Origin: Acidiphilium sp.
GTDB lineage: Bacteria > Pseudomonadota > Alphaproteobacteria > Acetobacterales > Acetobacteraceae
Length of the DNA stretch: 64,000 nucleotides
Direction: 5' to 3'
Assembly: GCA_028688905.1 (NCBI GenBank)
Contig: JAQTXH010000002.1
Location: forward strand, 19,061-83,060
In this document: piece by piece, positions 50,751 through 58,690 of the stretch
How positions within the stretch are numbered: position 1 is the first letter of the stretch
How the letters are laid out: each line of letters begins with the position of its first letter
Notes under the pieces: model-generated
The model's database searches: none
Told to the model about the DNA's origin: nothing
The model's input: only the letters and a program-made list of their open reading frames with translations
Translations under genes and position numbers: made by a program

Positions 50751-50894
50751 GCAAGACCCAGACTGGGTACCCTGAAGACGGCGGGGGGCTTTACCAGTTC
50801 AGGTGCGACGTGGGGTTCCTCACTCAAGCGCGCGATGGGCTGGCAATTGTCGAGCCGACCCGGGAGTCCGGAAGCGCCCATCATTGCCAGACGA

Positions 50895-51095
50895 TCAATG
50901 AATACCACGTACGAAGCCGATGCCCACCAGCACCAGCATCACCACGATATAAACGCGCAAGCCCCAGAAAGCGACATTGATCCAGCCTCGAATCGGAGCG
51001 CGGGTCAGAGGGGCCAGCGTCTGCACAGGTTCCTCACGGAGAAACGTGTTAACATCCTCAATGGAAATAGGGGGAAGGGATTCGTTGTTATTCAT
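50895..51095 (-). CDS. 66-aa single-TM membrane protein downstream of the Nramp-like gene
   Basis: C-terminal FWGLRVYIVVMLVLVGIGF hydrophobic helix; same strand, 42 nt after the transporter. Confidence 0.7.
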   Translation of the reverse strand: MNNNESLPPISIEDVNTFLREEPVQTLAPLTRAPIRGWINVAFWGLRVYIVVMLVLVGIGFVRGIH

Positions 51096-51137
51096 GCGAC
51101 GCTCTATCTCTGTGTTCTGGAATTGTAGCCCTATGGT

Positions 51138-52511
51138 CTATAAGTGTGGGAGTATGATGGTGGCACCATAGAGACCGTTTGCCATGATCAGAAACGCTAC
51201 GATCGCGAACGCCGACAAATTCTGCCACGGTCGGTTGACATGGATGCCCATGATCGCCTTGTCGTTCAGCAACATCAGTAAAAACAGCATGGCTGCGGGC
51301 ATGAAGATCGTGGCTATCACCTGCACCGTGAGGTTTAGAAATCCCAAGGGAATATTTGGGATCAATACGATAATGCCTGCCATCGCGGCGCTGAGAATGC
51401 CCGAAAGATAAAAGGGTAGCGCCCGTTGCGGTCGCAGATTGAGGCTGCGGGGTAGTTTGAGTGCCTCCCCCACTGCCCAGGAGGTGCTGGCGGTAATGGC
51501 GATGGCGGCAATCAAACCGGCCTCCGTCAGGCCCAGGGCAAAGAGTGCGGTACCGATCGTTCCTAGACGGCTCATCTGTAAGGCTTCCAGGATCTTTTGA
51601 ATATTGAAATCCATGGCACCGGGGTGACCATAGACGACGGTCCCGGTCAGCACTACAATTGCTATCGCGATCACCCCCATTGAAAAACTGCCAACAGCAG
51701 TATCCATCTGACCATCGGGAATGTCCTGTACGGTGAGTCCCTTGTCCACCACTGAAGACTGCTGAAAAAAGAGCATCCAGGGTGCAACGGTCGTGCCCAG
51801 ATTGGCGAGAATGACATAGACGAAGGCACCAAGGGTCACTCCGGCGGGGATGTGCCAAGTCCCGATCGCGGCAACGACCTGTCCCCAGTCTGGGTGGGCG
51901 GCAATGGCCAGTGGCACGAAAACAATGTTCCCGGCAGCGATTACCAGGGCCAGCCGTTCCCAGGTGCTGTAATGAAGGAGTATCATGGTTAATGTGACGA
52001 AGATCCATCCACCGGTAACGGAGACAATGGGCGGCACACCGAAAACGCCCAGTCCCACCCGGATGCCGATGAACTCGGTCACCAGGGTCAAGATATTAGC
52101 CACGGTGAGATCCAGCAGGGAAAAAACGCCCCAAAAAGCCCCGTAGCGGCCCCAGATCATCTCCGCGTGGCCACGATGGGTCACGGCTCCCAGCCGCACC
52201 GTCATTTCCTGGACGACGTAAGCCACCGGGATCATCAACAGGAGAAAGGGGATGAAAAAGCCAATGCCATAGACTGCCCCCGTCTGGGCGTAGGTAATCA
52301 CGCCGCCAGCATCGTTATCGGCAATCATCACCAGGATGCCAGGCCCAAGCAGGCTCATAAAAAGCATGACGCGACGCCACAACGATGGATGCTGGCGTAG
52401 CTGATAGATTTGCCAGCGATCCAACTCCCGTTGGCGTTGATCCTCCGTGAGGTTGGAGGGCAAATCTCTCAGCAATTCTGCTTCGGTCTGCTTTTTTCTA
52501 CTTCTCAACAT
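51138..52511 (-). CDS. Nramp-related divalent cation transporter, NRMT (Mg2+) type
   Basis: TM1 DNDAGG instead of DPGN; TM6 LGTTVAPWMLFFQQS lacks the MPH motif of Mn/Fe Nramps. Confidence 0.88.
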   Translation of the reverse strand: MLRSRKKQTEAELLRDLPSNLTEDQRQRELDRWQIYQLRQHPSLWRRVMLFMSLLGPGILVMIADNDAGGVITYAQTGAVYGIGFFIPFLLLMIPVAYVVQEMTVRLGAVTHRGHAEMIWGRYGAFWGVFSLLDLTVANILTLVTEFIGIRVGLGVFGVPPIVSVTGGWIFVTLTMILLHYSTWERLALVIAAGNIVFVPLAIAAHPDWGQVVAAIGTWHIPAGVTLGAFVYVILANLGTTVAPWMLFFQQSSVVDKGLTVQDIPDGQMDTAVGSFSMGVIAIAIVVLTGTVVYGHPGAMDFNIQKILEALQMSRLGTIGTALFALGLTEAGLIAAIAITASTSWAVGEALKLPRSLNLRPQRALPFYLSGILSAAMAGIIVLIPNIPLGFLNLTVQVIATIFMPAAMLFLLMLLNDKAIMGIHVNRPWQNLSAFAIVAFLIMANGLYGATIILPHL

Positions 52512-52637
52512 TTGTGTTGCAGGTCCAGTATCGGAACGAGAAAAGACAAGGCTCTATTCGCAATTCGGCCGCAACCATGCTAAAATTCATTAAGTGTTGA
52601 TAGAGGTATTTGATAGATTTCAGGTCTTTGTTTTTAC

Positions 52638-52665
52638 GTGTGATTCACGGCTCCGCCGATCACAC
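52638..52665 (+). repeat. 28-bp direct copy of the element core at 49216-49243
   Basis: GTGTGATTCACGGCTCCGCCGATCACAC versus GTGTGATTCACGGCTCCGGCGATCACAC, 27/28 identical. Confidence 0.85.
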
Positions 52666-52689
52666 ACTAGCCGATCATACGTTTCTGGC

Positions 52690-53304
52690 CTACCCCTGAC
52701 CGTGTTCGATCCGGATCATGCGCTGACTCGGGATCCGCAGCCGCCGGTCCTCAAGCGGAGCACGGCGATGAAGGGCCGCCATGGTCAGGCGTTCATCGCG
52801 CGCGGTCAGCAGCGCCGCTATGGCTGGTTTGAACGCGACGAGCAGATGGTTCAGCCACCCCGCGACATCGCGTGGTTCGGCATCGTGCAACGCTGGTGAC
52901 CTGAGGTGGCGGATCATCGCGTCGGCCGGTTGCCAGACCTCGTCGGTGACCCAGCGGTTGGTGGTGAACAGGCGCAACGGCAAGCCTTTGGCATCAACGG
53001 AAACCGCGATCAGATGGGAAAATGCGGCGGCAGTATCGGGTCGGGCGGTGGCCGGGGCGGGCACGAAGATGTGGAAATGCCCATGCTCGTCGCGCAGGCG
53101 CTGCGACCGCGGATGGGCGTGATAATAGAAACGCCAGAAACTGTGCGGATCGATCGCGTCCGGCTGCGGATAATGCGCCCACTCGGCGAAGGAGGCCGCC
53201 CCTTCGAGCACGCGGGCCGGTGCGCTTTGCCCCCGCGCCGCCCAGGCGATGATCTGGTCGATCACCGCTTCGCCGGCGCGGCGCATCGGTGGTTTTCGGG
53301 TCAA
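52690..53304 (-). CDS. His-rich protein of unknown function (resembles DUF6969 as I recall it; needs an HMM check)
   Basis: FYYHAHP, EHGHFHIF, SHLIAVSVD and RLFTTNRWVT; no signal peptide. Confidence 0.75.
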   Translation of the reverse strand: MTRKPPMRRAGEAVIDQIIAWAARGQSAPARVLEGAASFAEWAHYPQPDAIDPHSFWRFYYHAHPRSQRLRDEHGHFHIFVPAPATARPDTAAAFSHLIAVSVDAKGLPLRLFTTNRWVTDEVWQPADAMIRHLRSPALHDAEPRDVAGWLNHLLVAFKPAIAALLTARDERLTMAALHRRAPLEDRRLRIPSQRMIRIEHGQG

Positions 53305-53540
53305 GGGGCGCAGGGGTTCACTGGTTTTTTCGCGGTCTTTTTCATGGTTTTGGCGGATTTTTGGGTCTGATGCTTGGCTGTCGTCGGTGCCGGGGCGCAG
53401 GGGTTTTGCGGGGTTGCGGCGTAGCTGATGCCGACGGGGTTGAGCGCCCCGACCGCGGCGGGTAGGGCAGGGGTCAACCCGATCGCGATTGCGAGCAGGG
53501 AGGCCGTGCGGCGGGCCGGTTTCAGTGTGTGAGCGGTCAT
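53301..53540 (-). CDS. 79-aa exported peptide with two NPCAP motifs and a Lys-rich linker
   Basis: Signal-like N-terminus; mature ATPQNPCAP...KSAKTMKKTAKKPVNPCAP. 13 nt after the yeeE stop and 4-nt overlap with the next gene. Confidence 0.75.
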   Translation of the reverse strand: MTAHTLKPARRTASLLAIAIGLTPALPAAVGALNPVGISYAATPQNPCAPAPTTAKHQTQKSAKTMKKTAKKPVNPCAP

Positions 53541-53553
53541 CGGAGGGGCGATC

Positions 53554-54150
53554 CTAGTGTTTGGGTTGGGCGGTGCCGGCCGGGGTGAAGGGGCTTACGG
53601 TGGTCCGGGGTGAGGCGGGTTTGGCGCGATCGACCAGCCAGCTGATCGTGACCAACACGGCCAGCAGCACTGCGAGCACCACCCAGGGGGATACGTGCAG
53701 CAGTTGCGGCACGGTGATCGAAGCCGGGCCGGTCTGGGCATAAATCCAGGATTTGATCGCCGGAAACACTGCGTTGAACGCCAGCGTGCCGCCGCCGATG
53801 CCGATCAGGAACAGCAGCCCGTCCAGCCGGCCGGACGCCATTGCGACCGCCGAGGTGCCGGGGCAATAGCCGCCGACCGCCATGCCGATGCCAACGCCGG
53901 CACCACCGAGCAGGGTGCCCCAGAAATAGACCGAGGGGACGAAAATATCGGACAGATGGATCAGGCCGAGCGCGCGCGAGGCGTAGATCAGAATGCCGCT
54001 GACCACGATGGCGGTGAACATCACCTTGAACACCGCCCAGTTGGTGAACCGCAATTGGGCGGTGAGACAGCCGGGATCGCCGAAGCCGGCACCTTCGAGA
54101 ATAACGCCGAACAGAATCCCGAGTGCCAGTCCGGTCCAGGGGATCATCAT
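53554..54150 (-). CDS. YeeE/YedE-family sulfur-compound transporter, subunit 2
   Basis: FGVILEGAGFGDP...VFKVMFTAI...GVGMAVGGYCPGTS. Confidence 0.9.
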   Translation of the reverse strand: MMIPWTGLALGILFGVILEGAGFGDPGCLTAQLRFTNWAVFKVMFTAIVVSGILIYASRALGLIHLSDIFVPSVYFWGTLLGGAGVGIGMAVGGYCPGTSAVAMASGRLDGLLFLIGIGGGTLAFNAVFPAIKSWIYAQTGPASITVPQLLHVSPWVVLAVLLAVLVTISWLVDRAKPASPRTTVSPFTPAGTAQPKH

Positions 54151-54674
54151 GAGATTGACTTTCGTTGCCAGAGGGGTTTGAAAATGGTACCGAACGCGAC
54201 GCCTGCGGCAAAAAATCCGATCAGGAACAGGAAACCGGCGGCCGCGAGCGGGGCGGAGCCTGAGAGGCCCATGCCGCTGGTGCAGCCCATCGCCATCCGC
54301 GCGCCGAAGCCCGAGGCGGCACCGCCGAGCAGAGCCAACCCGAGTCGCCCGAATGAGCGGACCCGGGGCGGACCGTCGATCTGGGGTCCGAACCGCCGGC
54401 CGAGCAGACTGCCGGCGAGCGCGCCGACGATCACGCCGATCACTTCCCAGACGATCCAGGAATTGAGGCCGGATCGGGCATAAGCGGCGAGGTAGTCATG
54501 CGCGCCGAACGCGTGGGGAGCCACGCTGGCAACACCGACCGCTGTCATCGCGGTGGTCGCGCCGGTCACACCGAGGCCGTGACCGGTGGCGAAAAACGTC
54601 GCGAACAGCACGACGCCGAGGGCGATTCCCGAAAGATAGGGATTCCATCGTGGCCTTGGGTTAACCGCTCTCAT
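54147..54674 (-). CDS. YeeE/YedE-family sulfur-compound transporter, subunit 1
   Basis: WNPYLSGIALG, GLGVTGA and GFGARMAMGCTSG. Confidence 0.9.
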   Translation of the reverse strand: MRAVNPRPRWNPYLSGIALGVVLFATFFATGHGLGVTGATTAMTAVGVASVAPHAFGAHDYLAAYARSGLNSWIVWEVIGVIVGALAGSLLGRRFGPQIDGPPRVRSFGRLGLALLGGAASGFGARMAMGCTSGMGLSGSAPLAAAGFLFLIGFFAAGVAFGTIFKPLWQRKSIS

Positions 54675-54716
54675 GATGACTCCATCGCTGGTGGGACTGG
54701 AACAAATCGTGATGGT

Positions 54717-55691
54717 TCAGAAGGCGGATTTGCCGTTGACCACCGGAAGCGACGCATCGCGCGTCCATTCCGACATCGATCCGCTGTAGAGTTTCACGTC
54801 AGGCACGTGGGCGACCTCACGCAGGGCGAACCAGTCGAGCGAGGCGAGATGGCCGGTGTTGCAGAAAGTGTAGGCCGGCTTGTCGGTCGAAATGCCGGCC
54901 TTGTGCATCGCGGCAACGACCTCGGCGCGGTCGAGCATGCCCTCGCCATCGGATGTCAGTACGACCGAATACGGCAGGTTGAGCGCGCCCGGAATGGTGC
55001 CGACCTTCCGATCGACCGCCGGCCTGACCTTGCCTTCATACTGCTTCACAGGTCGTGCATCGACCAGTTGGAAACGATGCGTGTTGAGATCGGCCTGCAC
55101 CATCGCCTGGGTCGCGAGCAGACTGGCATCGAAATGCGGGGTGAAGCTGGCGACGGCGGGTGTGACATCGCCGGTGGCGACCGGGTCTTTCGGGTTGGCG
55201 AGCCAGGCGTGGTCGCCACCGTTCATGATCGAGACATTGTTCATGCCTTCGATCCGCAGGGTCCAGTAGACCCGCGTGGTCGCCGGGAAATCGCCCTTGA
55301 TCGCGCCGGCCGGTACCAGGATGACGCGGCTGTCGTCATTAATGCCGACGCCGGCAATGACTTTGGCGATGGTGGCTTCGGGCGGCAGCACGAAGGGCAA
55401 GCCGTTCATCGGCACCCGCCAATGATCGCTCAAAAAGCCGGTGAAGACCGCGCCGGGAATATGCTCCTTCTCGTAGGCCGGCTTCTGCTTGTCGAAATCA
55501 TAGACCTCGACGACGACCAGATTGGGCGTGTGCAGATGGGCGACGAGCCAGGCTGGAGTGACCAGCGCCGGTGCGACCGGGCCTGCCGCCTGCGCGGCGA
55601 TGACACCCAGGGGTGCCAGGGCCAGAAGGGCCGCCACCGCAGTGGCGCGGCCAAGCTGGGCGCGGAGCGAGCGTACTATTGGAATATTCAT
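54717..55691 (-). CDS. Periplasmic tandem-domain sulfurtransferase (rhodanese)
   Basis: Signal peptide; LVTPAWL, HIPGAVF, MNGGDHAW, LVDARP, GTIPGA, active-site FCNTGHLAS and LYSGSMSEW. Confidence 0.92.
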   Translation of the reverse strand: MNIPIVRSLRAQLGRATAVAALLALAPLGVIAAQAAGPVAPALVTPAWLVAHLHTPNLVVVEVYDFDKQKPAYEKEHIPGAVFTGFLSDHWRVPMNGLPFVLPPEATIAKVIAGVGINDDSRVILVPAGAIKGDFPATTRVYWTLRIEGMNNVSIMNGGDHAWLANPKDPVATGDVTPAVASFTPHFDASLLATQAMVQADLNTHRFQLVDARPVKQYEGKVRPAVDRKVGTIPGALNLPYSVVLTSDGEGMLDRAEVVAAMHKAGISTDKPAYTFCNTGHLASLDWFALREVAHVPDVKLYSGSMSEWTRDASLPVVNGKSAF

Positions 55692-55818
55692 TGATTATTA
55701 TCCCTCCTGATAGTGTCAAGCGCTTCTGGTTTTGCGGACGTCGGCAGGCGCTTAGCGCTTTCGATACGCGACCAAAGCGAAACATGCAAGAATTATTATA
55801 TTTCAGTCGTAATTGTCA

Positions 55819-55832
55819 TTGACCCAGATCAA
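55819..55832. promoter_or_regulatory. FNR/FixK box upstream of the psr-like operon
   Basis: TTGAC-ccag-ATCAA; TAATGT at 55855-55860 gives class II (-41.5) geometry. Confidence 0.72.
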
Positions 55833-55928
55833 TGACCCTGAGAGTTAGGACCGGTAATGTAATATTGTCAGGCTGCGGCTAGAGTCCGCAGTCTGGCTCG
55901 TCGGTGTTGACCTGTGGAGGAGATCGGC

Positions 55929-58124
55929 ATGCAGCGCCGTGACTTTATCAAGCTCAGTGCCACGGTCGGCTCAAGCGCGCTGCTCGGCTCGATGCTGGGC
56001 GGATGCACCGAGCCGGCCGAATGGCAGCGCATGATGAACGCGCCACCCGCCACCGAGACCGCGACGGTCTGCAACATCTGTTTCTGGTCCTGCGCCGCCC
56101 GCGTCCACACCCAGGGGTCGCGCCTGTGGAAGATCACCGGCCAGCCGGGCGATCCGCATTCCGATGGGCGGTTGTGTACCCGCGGCACCGGTGGGGTGGG
56201 GGCTTATTACGATCCGAACCGGCTGATCAAACCGCTGCTGCGCGTTACCCGCAACGGCCAGCAGCGCTTCGAGGTGGCAAGCTGGGACGACGCGCTCGGG
56301 GTGATTGCGGAACGGTTGACCAAGGTCGCCAAAACCTACGGGCCGGATCGGCTCGCCTCGCTGGTGCATGGGCCGGGGGCGGAACATTTCGTGCATTTGA
56401 GCCGCGCCTTCGGCAGCGACAGCATCGCCGAACCCGCCTTCGCGCAATGCCGCGGGCCGCGCGACACCGGATTTTTTCTCACCTTCGGCGAGGGCATCTC
56501 CTCGCCCGAGCAGACCGACATGTCGAATGCGCGCTGCGTCGTGCTGATCGGCACGCATCTCGGCGAGAATCTGCATAACAGCCAGGTGCGGACGTTTGCC
56601 GATGCGATCCGGAACGACGCGACGATCATCACGGTCGATCCGCGCTTCTCGGTGGCGGCCGGCAAGTCGCAGCACTGGCTGCCGATCAAGCCCGGCACCG
56701 ACATCGCCCTGCTGCTCGCCTGGATCAACGTGATCCTGGCCGAAAAACTGTATGATGCCGATTATGTCGCGCGCAACACGATCGGGCTGCCGGAACTCGC
56801 CGCCTATGTCGCGCCGTTCACGCCGGAATGGGCCTATCCCGCGACCGGGCTGGAACCCGAGGCGATCCGGCGGACCGCGCGGTTGATGGCGGCGGCGGCA
56901 CCGGCCACGGTCATTCATCCCGGCCGGCACACCGTGTGGTGGGGCGATGATACCCAGCGCGCCCGCGCGATGGCGATTCTGGCCGGGCTGCTCGGCATCT
57001 GGGGCAGCAAGGGCGGCTATTACCTGCCGGAAGCGGCGCTGATCCCGGATTACCCGCTGCCGGAATATCCGGTGCCGAAATCCTCCTGGCGCGACATCAC
57101 CCTGGCGAAATATCCGCTCGCCGGCGCGCCGGTCACCAATGTGATCATCGACAACGCGCTGGGCAAAAACGCGCATTACCGCGCCCTGCTGATCTATGAC
57201 ACCAACCTGCCGATGACGATGCCCGGCATTCGCGAGAAATTGCAGACCGCATCGCAATCGCTCGATCTGATCGTCGCGATCGATGTGCAGCCCTCCGAAG
57301 TGACCGGCTATGCCGATGTCGTGCTGCCGGAGTGTTCGTATCTGGAGCGTTATGACGGCTTGCGCAACGATCCCGAAATCGAACCCTGCATCGCGCTGCG
57401 CTCGCCCGCCTTGCCGCCACGCGGGGAGTCGAAGCCGGGCTGGTGGATTGCCAAGGAGATCGGCAACCGGCTTGGGGTGGCCGATTATTTCCCCTGGAAG
57501 GATTACGCCGAGGTGGTCGATTGGCAACTCAGGCAGGTCGGCAGTTCGCTCGAGGAGCTGAAAAGCACCGGGATCAGGTTTTTTCCGCGCACGACGCCGC
57601 TCTATTATAAAAAAGGCGAGACCATTCCGTTCAAGACCCCGAGCGGCAAGATCGAGCTGTATTCGACGACCCTGAAGGACGCCGGGTTCGATCCGATCCC
57701 GCGCTTCACCCCGCCGCAGGAGGCGAGGCCAGGGTTTTTCCGCCTCAATTACGGTCGCGCGCCGCAGCATAGTTTCAGCCGCACCCAGAACAATCCGGTG
57801 TTGTTTCAGTTGATGCCGGAAAACCTGGTGTGGATTCATCCGACCGTCGCGCGGCAATTCGGCATCGAGACTGCGAGCTATATCCAACTGGTCAATCAGG
57901 ACGGGGTGGTGAGCAATCGGGTGCGGGTGCGGGTGACCGAGCGGACCCGGCCGGATTCGGTGTGGCTGGTGCATGGGTTCGGCCATACCGCCGAAGGGTT
58001 GAAACTCGCGTTCGGCCGGGGGGCCGATGATTCCGCGCTGATGACGAATATTCTCTACGACCCGATCATGGGAGGCACCGGCATGCGCGGCAATTACGTG
58101 ACCTTTCGCAAGGCGGCGGCGTGA
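55929..58124 (+). CDS. psrA: Tat-exported molybdopterin oxidoreductase, polysulfide/thiosulfate reductase (PsrA/PhsA)-like catalytic subunit
   Basis: QRRDFIK signal, CNICFWSC...LCTRG cluster, AQCRGPR Mo-Cys motif, TVDPRFS, PSGKIELYS and HSFSRTQNN. Confidence 0.85.
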   Translation: MQRRDFIKLSATVGSSALLGSMLGGCTEPAEWQRMMNAPPATETATVCNICFWSCAARVHTQGSRLWKITGQPGDPHSDGRLCTRGTGGVGAYYDPNRLIKPLLRVTRNGQQRFEVASWDDALGVIAERLTKVAKTYGPDRLASLVHGPGAEHFVHLSRAFGSDSIAEPAFAQCRGPRDTGFFLTFGEGISSPEQTDMSNARCVVLIGTHLGENLHNSQVRTFADAIRNDATIITVDPRFSVAAGKSQHWLPIKPGTDIALLLAWINVILAEKLYDADYVARNTIGLPELAAYVAPFTPEWAYPATGLEPEAIRRTARLMAAAAPATVIHPGRHTVWWGDDTQRARAMAILAGLLGIWGSKGGYYLPEAALIPDYPLPEYPVPKSSWRDITLAKYPLAGAPVTNVIIDNALGKNAHYRALLIYDTNLPMTMPGIREKLQTASQSLDLIVAIDVQPSEVTGYADVVLPECSYLERYDGLRNDPEIEPCIALRSPALPPRGESKPGWWIAKEIGNRLGVADYFPWKDYAEVVDWQLRQVGSSLEELKSTGIRFFPRTTPLYYKKGETIPFKTPSGKIELYSTTLKDAGFDPIPRFTPPQEARPGFFRLNYGRAPQHSFSRTQNNPVLFQLMPENLVWIHPTVARQFGIETASYIQLVNQDGVVSNRVRVRVTERTRPDSVWLVHGFGHTAEGLKLAFGRGADDSALMTNILYDPIMGGTGMRGNYVTFRKAAA

Positions 58125-58666
58125 TGACCCATTATGCGATGGTGATCGACACCAGAACCTGCATCGGCTGTACTGACTGCGTCGATGCCTGCCGGATGGA
58201 GAACAACGTCCCCGAAGGTCTATGCTATGATTGGGTGGTCGAGATCACCAAGGGGCGCTATCCGAATTTGACCACCGAGTTTCGCTCTGAGCGCTGCAAT
58301 CATTGCTCCAACGCCACCTGTGTCACCGCCTGCCCGACCGGGGCGAGCCAGTATTGGAACGGCAGCAACATCGTCGTGGTCGATGCGACCAAATGCACCG
58401 GCTGCAAGGCCTGCATCGCCGCCTGCCCGTATGACGCAAGGCTGATCATGCAGCCGCAGGGCTACATCGGCAAATGCACCTTCTGTGTGCAACGGGTGCA
58501 ATATGGCGAGGACCCCGCCTGCGTCGCGGTATGCCCGGCGCATGCGATGCATTTCGGACTGCTCGATGATCCGACCAGCAACGTCAGCCGATTGCTGGCG
58601 GAGCGCGAGAATTACACCCTGCATCCGGAAACCGGCAACGAGCCGAACGTATTCTATTTGCGCTGA
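58121..58666 (+). CDS. psrB: Four-cluster [4Fe-4S] electron-transfer subunit (PsrB/NrfC-like)
   Basis: CIGCTDCVDAC, CNHCSNATCVTACP, CTGCKACIAACP and KCTFC...PACVAVCP. Confidence 0.92.
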   Translation: MMTHYAMVIDTRTCIGCTDCVDACRMENNVPEGLCYDWVVEITKGRYPNLTTEFRSERCNHCSNATCVTACPTGASQYWNGSNIVVVDATKCTGCKACIAACPYDARLIMQPQGYIGKCTFCVQRVQYGEDPACVAVCPAHAMHFGLLDDPTSNVSRLLAERENYTLHPETGNEPNVFYLR

Positions 58667-58690
58667 CCATGAAAAACGAGGTGCCGTGAC

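Noticed and set aside
52512-52637. M-box (Mg2+) riboswitch upstream of the Nramp-like gene
   Set aside because: The region is too short and AT-rich, with no ykoK consensus visible.
39501-52665. CRISPR array or classical integron interpretation of the dispersed hairpins
   Set aside because: Spacing is kilobase-scale and irregular, there is no cas or intI gene, and the ends do not fit the attC RYYYAAC/GTTRRRY consensus.
55971-57986. Long antisense ORFs (671 aa here; also 5154-6584, 41391-42707, 58991-60400, 61994-63406 and similar)
   Set aside because: Shadow frames of well-supported high-GC genes, with no recognisable motifs.
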